Assembly: GCA_963524205.1 (NCBI GenBank)
Contig: CAURED010000003.1
Span: 129,599 to 193,598 of the forward strand
Length of the DNA stretch: 64,000 nucleotides
Direction: 5' to 3'
From: an uncultured Aminipila sp.
Lineage (GTDB): Bacteria; Bacillota; Clostridia; Peptostreptococcales; Anaerovoracaceae
A program made the position numbers and the translations under genes. The notes beneath the pieces were generated by a model. It was not told the DNA's origin and did not search any database. It saw nothing but the letters and a program-made list of their open reading frames with translations. This document shows positions 46,286 through 55,609 of this stretch, one piece after another. Numbering within the stretch: the first letter of the stretch is position 1; each line of letters starts with the position of its first letter.

Positions 46286-47545
46286 TTAATTCAGTTTATT
46301 CTTTTCTGGTAGGTCTTTAACCTCCATCAGATAAATGTCATCTGGTGTAATTCTTCGCTCTGGTGTATAAATCATCCAATCTGTTATTTCACCCAGAGCA
46401 TAATCTCCTGTATATCCTTCATGAAGATTCTCTATGTAATAGGGTTCTTGAGTCAGCTTTGCGGTTAGGCTGTCCTCCTTAATATCCAGTAATTCAAACC
46501 AGATATGTTCCCTGAAATTGTCTTCCGTTTTGTATTCATCATCAACTTCCAATCCCAGTTTAACTAAAATATGGTTATCCTTGCAGTCAAAGGCCCTTTT
46601 CATGTACTCAAGTCTTTCTGCTGCAAGCGCTTTCATTCTTTCCGTTTCCTTTGTGGTCACCATATAAAGAGGGTTATCCTGTAAATATTCATCATAGATA
46701 GAAATAGGAGCATATTTACCTTCCTGATAATCTTCATAGGTTGGATAAACAAAAATTGCACTGGTATGTCCATTGTGGCTTTCCTCTCTGTCTATTTTTC
46801 CTCCCAGCATATGATCATCATAATGCTCTATTGCCTGATCCCACGGAACTAAGGTACTTATTAGGCTTATTTCTTTTGTCATATGCGCTAAAAAAAGCGG
46901 TTCCATAGACTCCAAAGGCTCTTCGAATTCAAGCATGCGGTTTGCCATGATTTCTATAACCGAATAATGGCTCTGATAAACAGACTTAGAAGAATCAAGT
47001 ATTTCCAGTTCCGGTAACCCGCAGCGATCCAATCCATGGCTGTGAAGCCACACAATGTCATCGTCTCCGCTGACTGCCTGAACTGTATAAATATATCTTG
47101 GCGCAGGTGGAGTCTTCGATGAAGCAGCAAGCGCTGCCCACTGTCCAGAAAGTATCTTTTCTGAACTGTCATCAAATATAGCCAATTTATCTGGTAACAG
47201 TGCATGTATGATCCGAAGCTGAGCATGATATGACGACAACGCATCTTCACCATAAATCATCTCTACAGCCAGTCCAGTTTCAGCCTGTTGCAAAGCTTCT
47301 ATATCTACATCAGGAAAAAAATGCTGTATGCGGTACATTTCAGGAAGTTCAAAGCCAGTAGGGTAAATTTCTATCTGATATTGCTCTTCTTCAACTATTA
47401 AATCAAGCTTCATGATATTAGAATCCATATTTTTAGAAATAACCTGAATACCTTTCACTTGCGACAATCTATTGAGCATTCCCTCTAAGTCCATTAAATC
47501 CTGATCTTTTTCAGGTACTGCCATCATATAAGATTTTTCTCTCAT
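46286..47545 (-). CDS. hypothetical protein (possible DUF4026 N-terminal / DUF2314 C-terminal type)
   Basis: Acidic, soluble, 419 aa. The C-terminal HIWFELLDI...LTQEPYY...ITDWMIY resembles DUF2314 (from memory). GGAGG RBS before ATG 47545. Confidence 0.55.
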   Translation of the reverse strand: MREKSYMMAVPEKDQDLMDLEGMLNRLSQVKGIQVISKNMDSNIMKLDLIVEEEQYQIEIYPTGFELPEMYRIQHFFPDVDIEALQQAETGLAVEMIYGEDALSSYHAQLRIIHALLPDKLAIFDDSSEKILSGQWAALAASSKTPPAPRYIYTVQAVSGDDDIVWLHSHGLDRCGLPELEILDSSKSVYQSHYSVIEIMANRMLEFEEPLESMEPLFLAHMTKEISLISTLVPWDQAIEHYDDHMLGGKIDREESHNGHTSAIFVYPTYEDYQEGKYAPISIYDEYLQDNPLYMVTTKETERMKALAAERLEYMKRAFDCKDNHILVKLGLEVDDEYKTEDNFREHIWFELLDIKEDSLTAKLTQEPYYIENLHEGYTGDYALGEITDWMIYTPERRITPDDIYLMEVKDLPEKNKLN

Positions 47546-47571
47546 TCTTACCTCCACTACTGAAATTTTAT

Positions 47572-48159
47572 TTACATATCAAACTCTAGAGAGATTTGTT
47601 GGGCATACACCTCATCCTCAGGATCGTCTGCCACAACAGCGCTTTCAATATTCTCTATCTCCGGTAAATCTTTTAATGTTTCAAATCCAAAATGCTTTAG
47701 AAAAGCATCAGTAGTCCCATAAAGTATAGGTCTGCCAATTGCAGTGGAACGTCCCTTTTCCTGAATCAATTCTTTTTTTACAAGGCCTTCTATAACCCTG
47801 TCGCACTTTATACCTCTGATGGAGTCAATTTCGCCCTTTGTTATAGGTTGTTTATAGGCAATTATTGCAAGCACCTCTAATGCTGACTGTGACAGTTTTT
47901 TCTCCTTTACCGGAGTACATAACCTTTCAACATATGAAGAATTTTCTGCATTCGTTACAAACTGGAAACTCTTATTTACTTCTATTATCTTTATGCCTCT
48001 GCCTTCCTGTTCATATTCTTGTTTTAATTCCAAAAAATAGTCGTAGGCATCCTTCCAATTAATATTAAACACTTCCGCAGCTATCTTTACATCTAAGGGT
48101 TCTCCCCAAACAAACATCATAGACTCAAAAGCCGATTTCATTGTCTTTTTAGTTGTCAT
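47572..48159 (-). CDS. scpB: segregation and condensation protein B
   Basis: ALEVLAIIAYKQPITKGEIDSIRG winged-helix motif. Overlaps scpA by 11 nt. Confidence 0.9.
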   Translation of the reverse strand: MTTKKTMKSAFESMMFVWGEPLDVKIAAEVFNINWKDAYDYFLELKQEYEQEGRGIKIIEVNKSFQFVTNAENSSYVERLCTPVKEKKLSQSALEVLAIIAYKQPITKGEIDSIRGIKCDRVIEGLVKKELIQEKGRSTAIGRPILYGTTDAFLKHFGFETLKDLPEIENIESAVVADDPEDEVYAQQISLEFDM

Positions 48160-48928
48160 CCCATTCTCCTATTACAGGTGTATCCTCTTCTCCAGGCTGC
48201 ACCATTTCTATTTCAATTTCACCAAAAGCACTTTGCTGCTCTACCCTGATTAGTCTCTCCCTAATCATCTGAAGCATTGAGGTAAACGTAAGTACAACAT
48301 CATACTTGTCACTTTCCTTATTTAGTAATTCTTTAAAAAATAGTTTTCTAAATCCATGGTTTTTAAAGAAATTCACAATATGTTCGACTTTCATTTCAAT
48401 ACTTTGTTTTTGTCTTTCAACTCGTGTGTAATGTTTTCTAACTTCTTCAATTCTCTGCTTCTTTTTAAGAAAAAGATTGAAAGCAGATACAAACTGTTTA
48501 ATATCCAGTGACAAATACTCATCAGCTTCATTGGTATATTGTTCCAGATCCTCTTTTGGCTTTTCAAAACATAAAGTTTTTTCATTTTCATGAATTTCAA
48601 GAAGTTCTGCTGCAGCCTTAAATTTCTTATATTCTAAGATTTTTTCAACCAGTTCCGTTCTTGGATCTTCTTCAACTACACCCTCTTCAATAGGTGTACT
48701 TCTCGGCAGTAACATTTTAGATTTTATTTCAATTAATGCCGCCGCAAGTACCATAAATTCGGTGGCAACCGTTACATCAGCCTCATGCATTTGCTCTACA
48801 TATGCCAGATACTGACTTGTAATTTCTGCAACCTGGATATCATATATACTCATTTCTGCACTTTCAATTAAATATACAAGTAGGTCAAATGGTCCTTCAA
48901 ATATATCAATTTTTACTTTATACGCCAT
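48149..48928 (-). CDS. scpA: segregation and condensation protein A (kleisin)
   Basis: FEGPFDLLVYLI N-terminus. GAGGG RBS before ATG 48928. Confidence 0.9.
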   Translation of the reverse strand: MAYKVKIDIFEGPFDLLVYLIESAEMSIYDIQVAEITSQYLAYVEQMHEADVTVATEFMVLAAALIEIKSKMLLPRSTPIEEGVVEEDPRTELVEKILEYKKFKAAAELLEIHENEKTLCFEKPKEDLEQYTNEADEYLSLDIKQFVSAFNLFLKKKQRIEEVRKHYTRVERQKQSIEMKVEHIVNFFKNHGFRKLFFKELLNKESDKYDVVLTFTSMLQMIRERLIRVEQQSAFGEIEIEMVQPGEEDTPVIGEWDDN

Positions 48929-49802
48929 TACTATCGCCCTCATGTCTCGTGTAGTACATTACACCCGCAACAATGGTAAGTCCTCCAATAATCTGCCATA
49001 AAGAAGGTATCTCAGAAAATAACACTACTGCAAGACCCGTTGCAATAAAGGTCTCCAGGTTTTCACATGTTGCCACATATAAAGCTGATGTATATCCCAG
49101 GCACCAGTTAAATACTGCATGGGCCCCAATCTGGCAGACCATGGCCATGACAAATATCCAAAACATATCGTTTGCGCTATAGCCTGTAAAAGGAGTTCCT
49201 GTTACTAGCATTCCAATAGCGAAGGTAATCCAACAGAAAAGAAATACAAAAAATACATATACGGCTGCATTCATACCTTTTCTGAATTTATTGCCCACAA
49301 TAAAGTAAAGCCCTATAAAGAGTGCTGCAAACAGGCACATTACGTCACCAAATAAGACATCTGCTGAGATGCTGTAATCACTTCCTGATATAATCACACT
49401 TCCAATAAAGGCAACAATTACTCCGGCTACTGCTTTTTTATTAGTTTTCTCTTTAAACATGAATACAGATATAATCAGTATCATAAAAGGGTCTGTCATA
49501 GCCAATACCGTTGCACTGGCAACACTTGTATGCCCTACACCTGTAAACCATGAGAAGAAATGCCCTGCGAGAAAAACACCTGCTACTGCACAACCTGCCA
49601 GTTGCTTTTTAGTCAGTGACATCACTTCAGCCTTATACTTAACTAAAGTCACTACCGCAAATATAGGTAATGCAAAAGTTAATCTATAAAAACCAATTGC
49701 CATAGGCGGCGCTGATGTCAACTTTACAAAAATTGATGAAAATGCAGCAGCCACTACAGCTAAAATTACTATTTTTTTAACGTTTTTTTCAAAAATATTC
49801 AT
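48918..49802 (-). CDS. DMT superfamily transporter, EamA family
   Basis: 10 TM segments with two EamA repeats. ATG 49802 follows TGGAGC. Confidence 0.85.
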   Translation of the reverse strand: MNIFEKNVKKIVILAVVAAAFSSIFVKLTSAPPMAIGFYRLTFALPIFAVVTLVKYKAEVMSLTKKQLAGCAVAGVFLAGHFFSWFTGVGHTSVASATVLAMTDPFMILIISVFMFKEKTNKKAVAGVIVAFIGSVIISGSDYSISADVLFGDVMCLFAALFIGLYFIVGNKFRKGMNAAVYVFFVFLFCWITFAIGMLVTGTPFTGYSANDMFWIFVMAMVCQIGAHAVFNWCLGYTSALYVATCENLETFIATGLAVVLFSEIPSLWQIIGGLTIVAGVMYYTRHEGDSNGV

Positions 49803-49827
49803 TTGTGCTCCAAAATTCAATTCAAAT

Positions 49828-50901
49828 TTATTTTTTAAATAATTTAGGTAAATTCACAGTATAAGGCGGATATACTACACCCTTTTCTGTTACCACTGCA
49901 GTAATATACTTTGCGTCCGTCACATCAAAGGCAGGATTGTATGTTTTGATGTCTTCTGGCGCCATTGGCTGTTCATACCACATCTTATATACTTCCTCTC
50001 CTTTTCTTTCTTCTATATGAATATCCTTTCCGGTAGGAGTCTTCAAATCAATAGTTGATGTAGGCACAAACATATAAAACGGAATTCCATATTCTTTAGC
50101 TAATATAGCTACTCCTGAAGTCCCAATTTTATTCGCTCCATCACCATTGGCTGCCATTCGGTCACAACCAACCACTACTGCATTAATCCACCCATTCTTC
50201 ATAACGATAGATGCCATATTGTCACAAATAAGAGTCACATCAATACCCGCTTTATTTAGTTCCCATGAGGTTAGTCTGGCTCCCTGTAGAAGAGGTCTTG
50301 TTTCATCTGCAAAAACTTTAAAATCATAACCTTGTTCATGCCCCAGATATAACGGTGCAAGGCATGTCCCATATTTAGCCGTAGCAATGGTTCCAGCATT
50401 GCAGTGAGTCAAAATACCCATACCAGGTTTCAAAAGGGACAGTCCATGTTCTCCCATTGCATAACAGGCATCCACATCCTCCTGATAAATTCTGCTGGCT
50501 TCTTCTTTCAATTCTTCTTTTATATGTATTTGTTGTGTTTCCCAAGATTCAATACCAGCTTCCGAATGGAGGGAAAGCAATTTTCCCTCCATTCGGTTAA
50601 GTGCCCAGAAAAGATTTACTGCTGTAGGTCTTGAGGAAGCAATATATTCTTTAACTTCGTGGAACCTTTCACAGAATTCCTTATAATTATCTGTCCTAAT
50701 TTCTCTTGTACAAACATAAAGCCCATAAGCTGCCGCGACACCAATAGCCGGGGCACCTCTTACCTTCAGTTTATAAATCGCATCCCATAAGTCTTCTTTG
50801 CTTTGGATTTCAATGTAAATTTCCTTACCAGGCAATAAAGTCTGATCTAGTAAATACATTTTCTCATTTTCATATCTTATAGGTGATATAAATACTGCCA
50901 T
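49828..50901 (-). CDS. mtnA: S-methyl-5-thioribose-1-phosphate isomerase (eIF-2B alpha/beta/delta-like)
   Basis: LLDQTLLP, VRGAPAIG and GCDRMAANGDGANKIGT motifs. G-rich RBS before ATG 50901. Confidence 0.85.
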   Translation of the reverse strand: MAVFISPIRYENEKMYLLDQTLLPGKEIYIEIQSKEDLWDAIYKLKVRGAPAIGVAAAYGLYVCTREIRTDNYKEFCERFHEVKEYIASSRPTAVNLFWALNRMEGKLLSLHSEAGIESWETQQIHIKEELKEEASRIYQEDVDACYAMGEHGLSLLKPGMGILTHCNAGTIATAKYGTCLAPLYLGHEQGYDFKVFADETRPLLQGARLTSWELNKAGIDVTLICDNMASIVMKNGWINAVVVGCDRMAANGDGANKIGTSGVAILAKEYGIPFYMFVPTSTIDLKTPTGKDIHIEERKGEEVYKMWYEQPMAPEDIKTYNPAFDVTDAKYITAVVTEKGVVYPPYTVNLPKLFKK

Positions 50902-50970
50902 ATCATTCCCCCCAAATCTAAAACCAATGAATCTTTTTAAATCCATTTCACTTATAATCCTAACATTTAA

Positions 50971-51858
50971 TTATACACTTTTATCACGTTCTTGAATAGC
51001 CTTAATTAGACATGCTCCACTGCAGGTTGCAGCAACCCCGCCTAAAGCAGTTTCTTTAAGCTGCATAGGTAAAAGCTTTCCTACTTTATACATTGCTTCC
51101 ACAACTTCATCCGCATCAATATAGCTCTGAACTCCTGCCATAGCAAGATCAGCACTAAGTAATGCGTTTACAGCTTGAGAAGCATTTCTCTGAGCGCATG
51201 GAATCTGAACCAATCCACCTACAGGATCACAAACTAATCCCATAACATTCATAAGTGATAGACTAAAGGCCGTTATTGCCTGTAAAGGCGTCCCTCCACT
51301 AAGTTCAACAGATGCGGCCGCAGCCATGGCAGCTGCTACTCCGCATTCTGCCTGACACCCCCCCTCTGCTCCTGCTACTGTTGCATTTTCTGTAACCACT
51401 GCGCCAAGACCTGAGGCAGTAATCATAGCCATAAGCAATTGCTCCTCCGTTGCTTTCTGTTTTTCTGCTACGGATATAACTACCGATGGAACAATTCCAC
51501 AAGACCCTGCCGTTGGCATGGCACAAATCTTACCCATGGAGGCATTTACTTCACTAGAAGAAAGGGCTCTGGCCATTACAAGGTTTAGAAATTCTCCACA
51601 AAGTGTGTTTTTATTTCCTGCGGCATAAGAAAATTGTGTTGAAGCTATTCCACAAATAAGATTTCCCTCTGGATCTGTTGGCTTCTCTAGTGCCTTTTCT
51701 GTGGAAGCTTTCATTACTTCATATCTATATTTCATAATTTCCAATATTTCTTCCGGAGTCTTTTCGCTATGCTTTACTTCATTCTCTAAAACAATTTGTG
51801 ATAGGCTCACATTTCTTTCCTGCGCTAATGCCAAAAGTCCTTTTATGTTCTTATACAT
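50971..51858 (-). CDS. sdaAA: L-serine ammonia-lyase, iron-sulfur-dependent, alpha subunit
   Basis: 295 aa with conserved Cys-containing segments (PTAGSCGIVP, GGCQAECG). Confidence 0.92.
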   Translation of the reverse strand: MYKNIKGLLALAQERNVSLSQIVLENEVKHSEKTPEEILEIMKYRYEVMKASTEKALEKPTDPEGNLICGIASTQFSYAAGNKNTLCGEFLNLVMARALSSSEVNASMGKICAMPTAGSCGIVPSVVISVAEKQKATEEQLLMAMITASGLGAVVTENATVAGAEGGCQAECGVAAAMAAAASVELSGGTPLQAITAFSLSLMNVMGLVCDPVGGLVQIPCAQRNASQAVNALLSADLAMAGVQSYIDADEVVEAMYKVGKLLPMQLKETALGGVAATCSGACLIKAIQERDKSV

Positions 51859-51876
51859 CTTTAAATATCCTTTCCT

Positions 51877-52542
51877 TTATGCACAAGCTATAAGTGTAAC
51901 AAGCTGTATATGTGGGTGTTCCTTCAGTTTTTGTAAAATATCATCATTAACTGCATCATCTATTTCTATAACACAAATAGCATCCTCACTTTTCTGTACA
52001 CGGCTTACTTTCATAGTCGCTATATTTATGCCATTATCAGCCAATATAGTAGCCACATGGCTTATAACACCTTTTTGGTCATCTTGCTTAACAAAGATGG
52101 TAGGAAGGTTTCCGCTAATGCCAATTTCATACCCATCAATTTTTTCAATTCTTATATTTCCTCCACCTATAGATGCCCCTTGTATCTTAGTTTTAATATT
52201 TCCATTTTTATAAAAAGTTATTATTACAGTGTTTTCATGAGCCCCATCCAATTCAACAGAGTAAAATTCAAATTCAATTCCAGCCGCTTTCGCCAGCTCA
52301 AAAGACTTTGAAATATTTTCGTCATCCTCTCTTATTCCTATGACTCCAGCCAGTAATGCTTTGTCCGTTCCATGGCCTTTCCCTGTTTTATCAAATGAAC
52401 CATAAAGACCAAAAGTAACTTTATCAAAATCTGCATTTATTATCTGTCTTGATATCCTGCCAATTCTAGCTGCTCCGGCAGTATGCGAGCTTGATGGTCC
52501 AATCATAATCGGCCCAGCTACCTGAAATATACTTGTATTCAT
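51877..52542 (-). CDS. sdaAB: L-serine ammonia-lyase, iron-sulfur-dependent, beta subunit (with ACT domain)
   Basis: IMIGPSSSHTAGA N-terminus and a C-terminal ACT-like domain. Confidence 0.92.
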   Translation of the reverse strand: MNTSIFQVAGPIMIGPSSSHTAGAARIGRISRQIINADFDKVTFGLYGSFDKTGKGHGTDKALLAGVIGIREDDENISKSFELAKAAGIEFEFYSVELDGAHENTVIITFYKNGNIKTKIQGASIGGGNIRIEKIDGYEIGISGNLPTIFVKQDDQKGVISHVATILADNGINIATMKVSRVQKSEDAICVIEIDDAVNDDILQKLKEHPHIQLVTLIACA

Positions 52543-52630
52543 ATCTGTACCTCTATATTCATTATATCCTATTAATAAATTTAACCTTAACCTGCTTTAT
52601 TATACTTTGATTACTGATATTTTACAAACA

Positions 52631-52660
52631 AAAACCGAGGCTAACATACCTCGGTTTTTT
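52631..52660 (-). terminator. intrinsic terminator after the lytic transglycosylase gene (bidirectional shape)
   Basis: AAAACCGAGG - ctaacata - CCTCGGTTTT, with A/T runs on both sides. Confidence 0.7.
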
Positions 52661-52756
52661 GCTTTTCTATATTATATGCTTTTTGTGTCGTGATTTTTTT
52701 AATCTTCTTTCTGTTCTGCAATTTTTCTTACTTGTAAAAAATCTTTTTCTCCAATT

Positions 52757-53854
52757 TTAATTATATCCGTTTACAGAAAGAAAATTTTGTACTCCACTAT
52801 ATGCAGACATAACTCTTGTTGCATACGCTGTAGAATAGTTCCCTCGGCTAACTCTTGATGAGCCTTGGTTGTATGCGGATAAAACTCTCGTCTTATCCCC
52901 ATTGTAGTTAGTAATTCCTGTACCGATCATACAAGCTCCAACGTTTATATTCGAACGCGGATCAAGTAATTGCTGTGTCGTTAACCCAAAGTTTGCTCCT
53001 GTGGCAGGCATTATCTGCATCAGACCTATTGCACCGCTATTGGAAACAGCCTTTGCATTAAAAGTACTTTCTTTATGCGCTATTGCCAATAACAGTTTTT
53101 CGTCCACTTTATACACACTGGCTGCTCTCTTGAACATAAATACCAAATCCTGTGCATAAGACTTCGATAAGCTCCCATTATAATTCAATATATAGTTTAC
53201 TAACCCTGTGTTGTATCTGGATTCTGATTCACTCCAGAAACTCTTTGCAGTTTTGTCTTTAATCGTACTTATACACAATCCATAATATGAATCAAAATAT
53301 AAATCCCAATTAAACACTTTACTCTTATCCATTACCCTTGCAGGAATGAACAAATACTTTCCAACCGCCAATACTGGCAGTCCTTCTAAGTCAACTTCTT
53401 CGACTAACATCTCAGGTGCTTCTATTACTCCAACAGTATCTTCTGACTCTTCAGTAGTAGTTGCCTCTTTTTTGTCTGAAAGTTCTTGATAAGCTATTAC
53501 TTTGACTCCTGATATAACTTCTAGTTTCATATCGTACCCATTATTCTTGGCCCAATTGTTACTAATTGTCTTTTGAGTCCCTTCCGTCTTAAGAAGTTTT
53601 AATGTGCGGCTTTCCCAGTCCATTTGTGCTTGAAATCCACAGATATTCCCCATATCTGTACTTAATGGAATGTAAGTCGTGTCTTTATAAAGGAAGAACG
53701 GATATTGTAGATTGTAATTTACAATCTCACTTCCATTTATAACGACTTTTTTGTTAAAAAAATCTCCTTGAACGTATTCGTCAGCATATATAGAAATTGA
53801 TGAGAAAAGTACAATGGTCAATGAAAGCCACACAGATATAAGCTTCTTTGCCAT
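52757..53854 (-). CDS. lytic transglycosylase (SLT domain) with N-terminal signal peptide and stalk region
   Basis: AIAHKESTFNAKAVSNSGAIGLMQIMP catalytic Glu / GLMQ motif in the C-terminal third. Confidence 0.8.
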   Translation of the reverse strand: MAKKLISVWLSLTIVLFSSISIYADEYVQGDFFNKKVVINGSEIVNYNLQYPFFLYKDTTYIPLSTDMGNICGFQAQMDWESRTLKLLKTEGTQKTISNNWAKNNGYDMKLEVISGVKVIAYQELSDKKEATTTEESEDTVGVIEAPEMLVEEVDLEGLPVLAVGKYLFIPARVMDKSKVFNWDLYFDSYYGLCISTIKDKTAKSFWSESESRYNTGLVNYILNYNGSLSKSYAQDLVFMFKRAASVYKVDEKLLLAIAHKESTFNAKAVSNSGAIGLMQIMPATGANFGLTTQQLLDPRSNINVGACMIGTGITNYNGDKTRVLSAYNQGSSRVSRGNYSTAYATRVMSAYSGVQNFLSVNGYN

Positions 53855-54082
53855 ACCTTGTTTCTCCTCTCTTTCTCTATGTCTTTTTTATAAGACATTA
53901 TCATTATAACACTTTTTAACAAAAAGTATACTGTTTTGCTTATATTCAGAAAATTACAACCAGAGTAACCTTTTGCTAACTTGTGTATTTTTCAACGTCT
54001 ATTTGTGATATGTTTGTTCAAAAAAACTTTGTTTTGGTACTTGACATTACAAATGTGCTCTTCCTTATCTGACAAAATATTC

Positions 54083-55231
54083 CTAAATATACCTTGTCAA
54101 CATATTATTTATCGTCTCATTCCACTGTTCTTCGCTGCTATACGCAAGTACCATTTTTTGTAATTGATTTTTTTGAATTTCATGCATTTCATTTAAACTT
54201 TCTATGGAATCTGCACGACCCGATCTTCTAGAAATTTGGTACATTTTCCTATCTATTTCTGGCATTTCTAAATAGGCATCTATTTTGTTAAGCATGGAGG
54301 ATTTATCCTTCTTAAAGCTGCCTTCCACATTTTGCAATAAATTTACGATGTGATCGCTTACTAATCTGCCTTCACAGTGTTCTACTGAATCAATCAGCAT
54401 ACGAATTTCTCTTATTTTATCATCATCGCTGCACAACTTCATCCGTCCACTTTTGTACTCATTCCAAAGTTCTGTACCTTCTTTTATCACAGCCGTTCTA
54501 ATTCTCACATAGTCTGGATTGACCTCATCAACTACATGTGCCATCCCCAGTGCATTTTGCTCTGATAAAGCTTTTCCTCCAACTCCAGGCATAAAGTAAA
54601 CAGACAATTGAATTCCTCCAGTCTTAATATTTCGTCCAGCTCTAATCAATTCCTCAACAGAAACTCCTTTGTTTATAAAATCAAGCACGTCCTGAGATCC
54701 AGACTCAAATCCAGAATGAATCCTATCTAACCCTGCACTTTTCAGTTGGGCATATTCTTCTGCTGTCACCTTTGCCAAAGTCTGCGCTCTGCCATAGGAA
54801 GTAACTCTTTCAATTTGAGGAAATACTTCTCTTAAATATTCCAAAACTTCCTTTAATCTTGATGCACTTAATGCCAAGGTATTTCCATCTTGCAGAAATA
54901 CAGTTTTCCCTCCATTCACCATCCAGTTAAAAATCAAGTATGCGCAATCTGCCTCCTGCCGGGACATACTTTGCGACTTATTTTTTAGTTTCTCTAAGTC
55001 CCATTGCCCCATAGAGTCTTTACACTCCAGGATCATATCAGCATAATATTTCATGATATCAATATCTCGCTTAATGCTGTCTATAGAAAAAATTTCAAAA
55101 GGAGTCTGCCTATACATTTGGCAAAACTTGCACTTATTCCACGTGCATCCCTGAGTCACCTGCAAAAGCAGACTATTTGCCTCACTTGGTGGTCTAAAAA
55201 GTCCAATCCTAAACACCATTTGTTTTTTCAT
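54083..55231 (-). CDS. radical SAM domain protein, function unknown
   Basis: GCTWNKCKFCQMY cluster motif near the N-terminus (codons 55121..55147) and a TIM-barrel-like core. AGGATGGAG RBS favours ATG 55231. Confidence 0.8.
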   Translation of the reverse strand: MKKQMVFRIGLFRPPSEANSLLLQVTQGCTWNKCKFCQMYRQTPFEIFSIDSIKRDIDIMKYYADMILECKDSMGQWDLEKLKNKSQSMSRQEADCAYLIFNWMVNGGKTVFLQDGNTLALSASRLKEVLEYLREVFPQIERVTSYGRAQTLAKVTAEEYAQLKSAGLDRIHSGFESGSQDVLDFINKGVSVEELIRAGRNIKTGGIQLSVYFMPGVGGKALSEQNALGMAHVVDEVNPDYVRIRTAVIKEGTELWNEYKSGRMKLCSDDDKIREIRMLIDSVEHCEGRLVSDHIVNLLQNVEGSFKKDKSSMLNKIDAYLEMPEIDRKMYQISRRSGRADSIESLNEMHEIQKNQLQKMVLAYSSEEQWNETINNMLTRYI

Positions 55232-55257
55232 AACCATATCTCCATCCTTTCGTTTCC

Positions 55258-55286
55258 TTGACTTTTTGAAGGTTTTTCACTATACT
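55258..55286 (+). promoter_or_regulatory. feoAB promoter
   Basis: TTGACT (55258..55263), 17 nt, TATACT (55281..55286). Confidence 0.5.
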
Positions 55287-55366
55287 GTTCGCATAAGCTA
55301 ACTAGTGGGTATAAGCACAATATAAATATTATGTTATTATACTACAATTATAATTCGAGGTAATAA

Positions 55367-55609
55367 ATGATTTTAACTTTAGATAAATTAAAACCCGGGA
55401 GCAGCGGGATTATAAGTGCAGTAGGAGGCGAAGGTGCCATTCGTCGAAGACTTTTTGATTTAGGACTGACTCCCAACACTTCAGTTTTAGTAAGAAAGGT
55501 CGCCCCTTTAGGTGACCCAATTGAAGTTTACCTTAGAGGTTTTGAGCTTACCTTAAGGAAAGAGGATGCAAGTCATATCCAAGTTAAAGAGGTGTCAATT
55601 AATGAATAA
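55367..55609 (+). CDS. feoA: ferrous iron transport protein A
   Basis: 80-aa SH3-like FeoA (LKPGSSGIISAV...GDPIEV). Confidence 0.9.
   Translation: MILTLDKLKPGSSGIISAVGGEGAIRRRLFDLGLTPNTSVLVRKVAPLGDPIEVYLRGFELTLRKEDASHIQVKEVSINE

Noticed and set aside
55290-55366. Fur box in the feoAB 5' region
   Set aside because: The region is AT-rich (ATAAATATTATGTTATTATAC), but I could not align a convincing 7-1-7 or 19-bp Fur palindrome.
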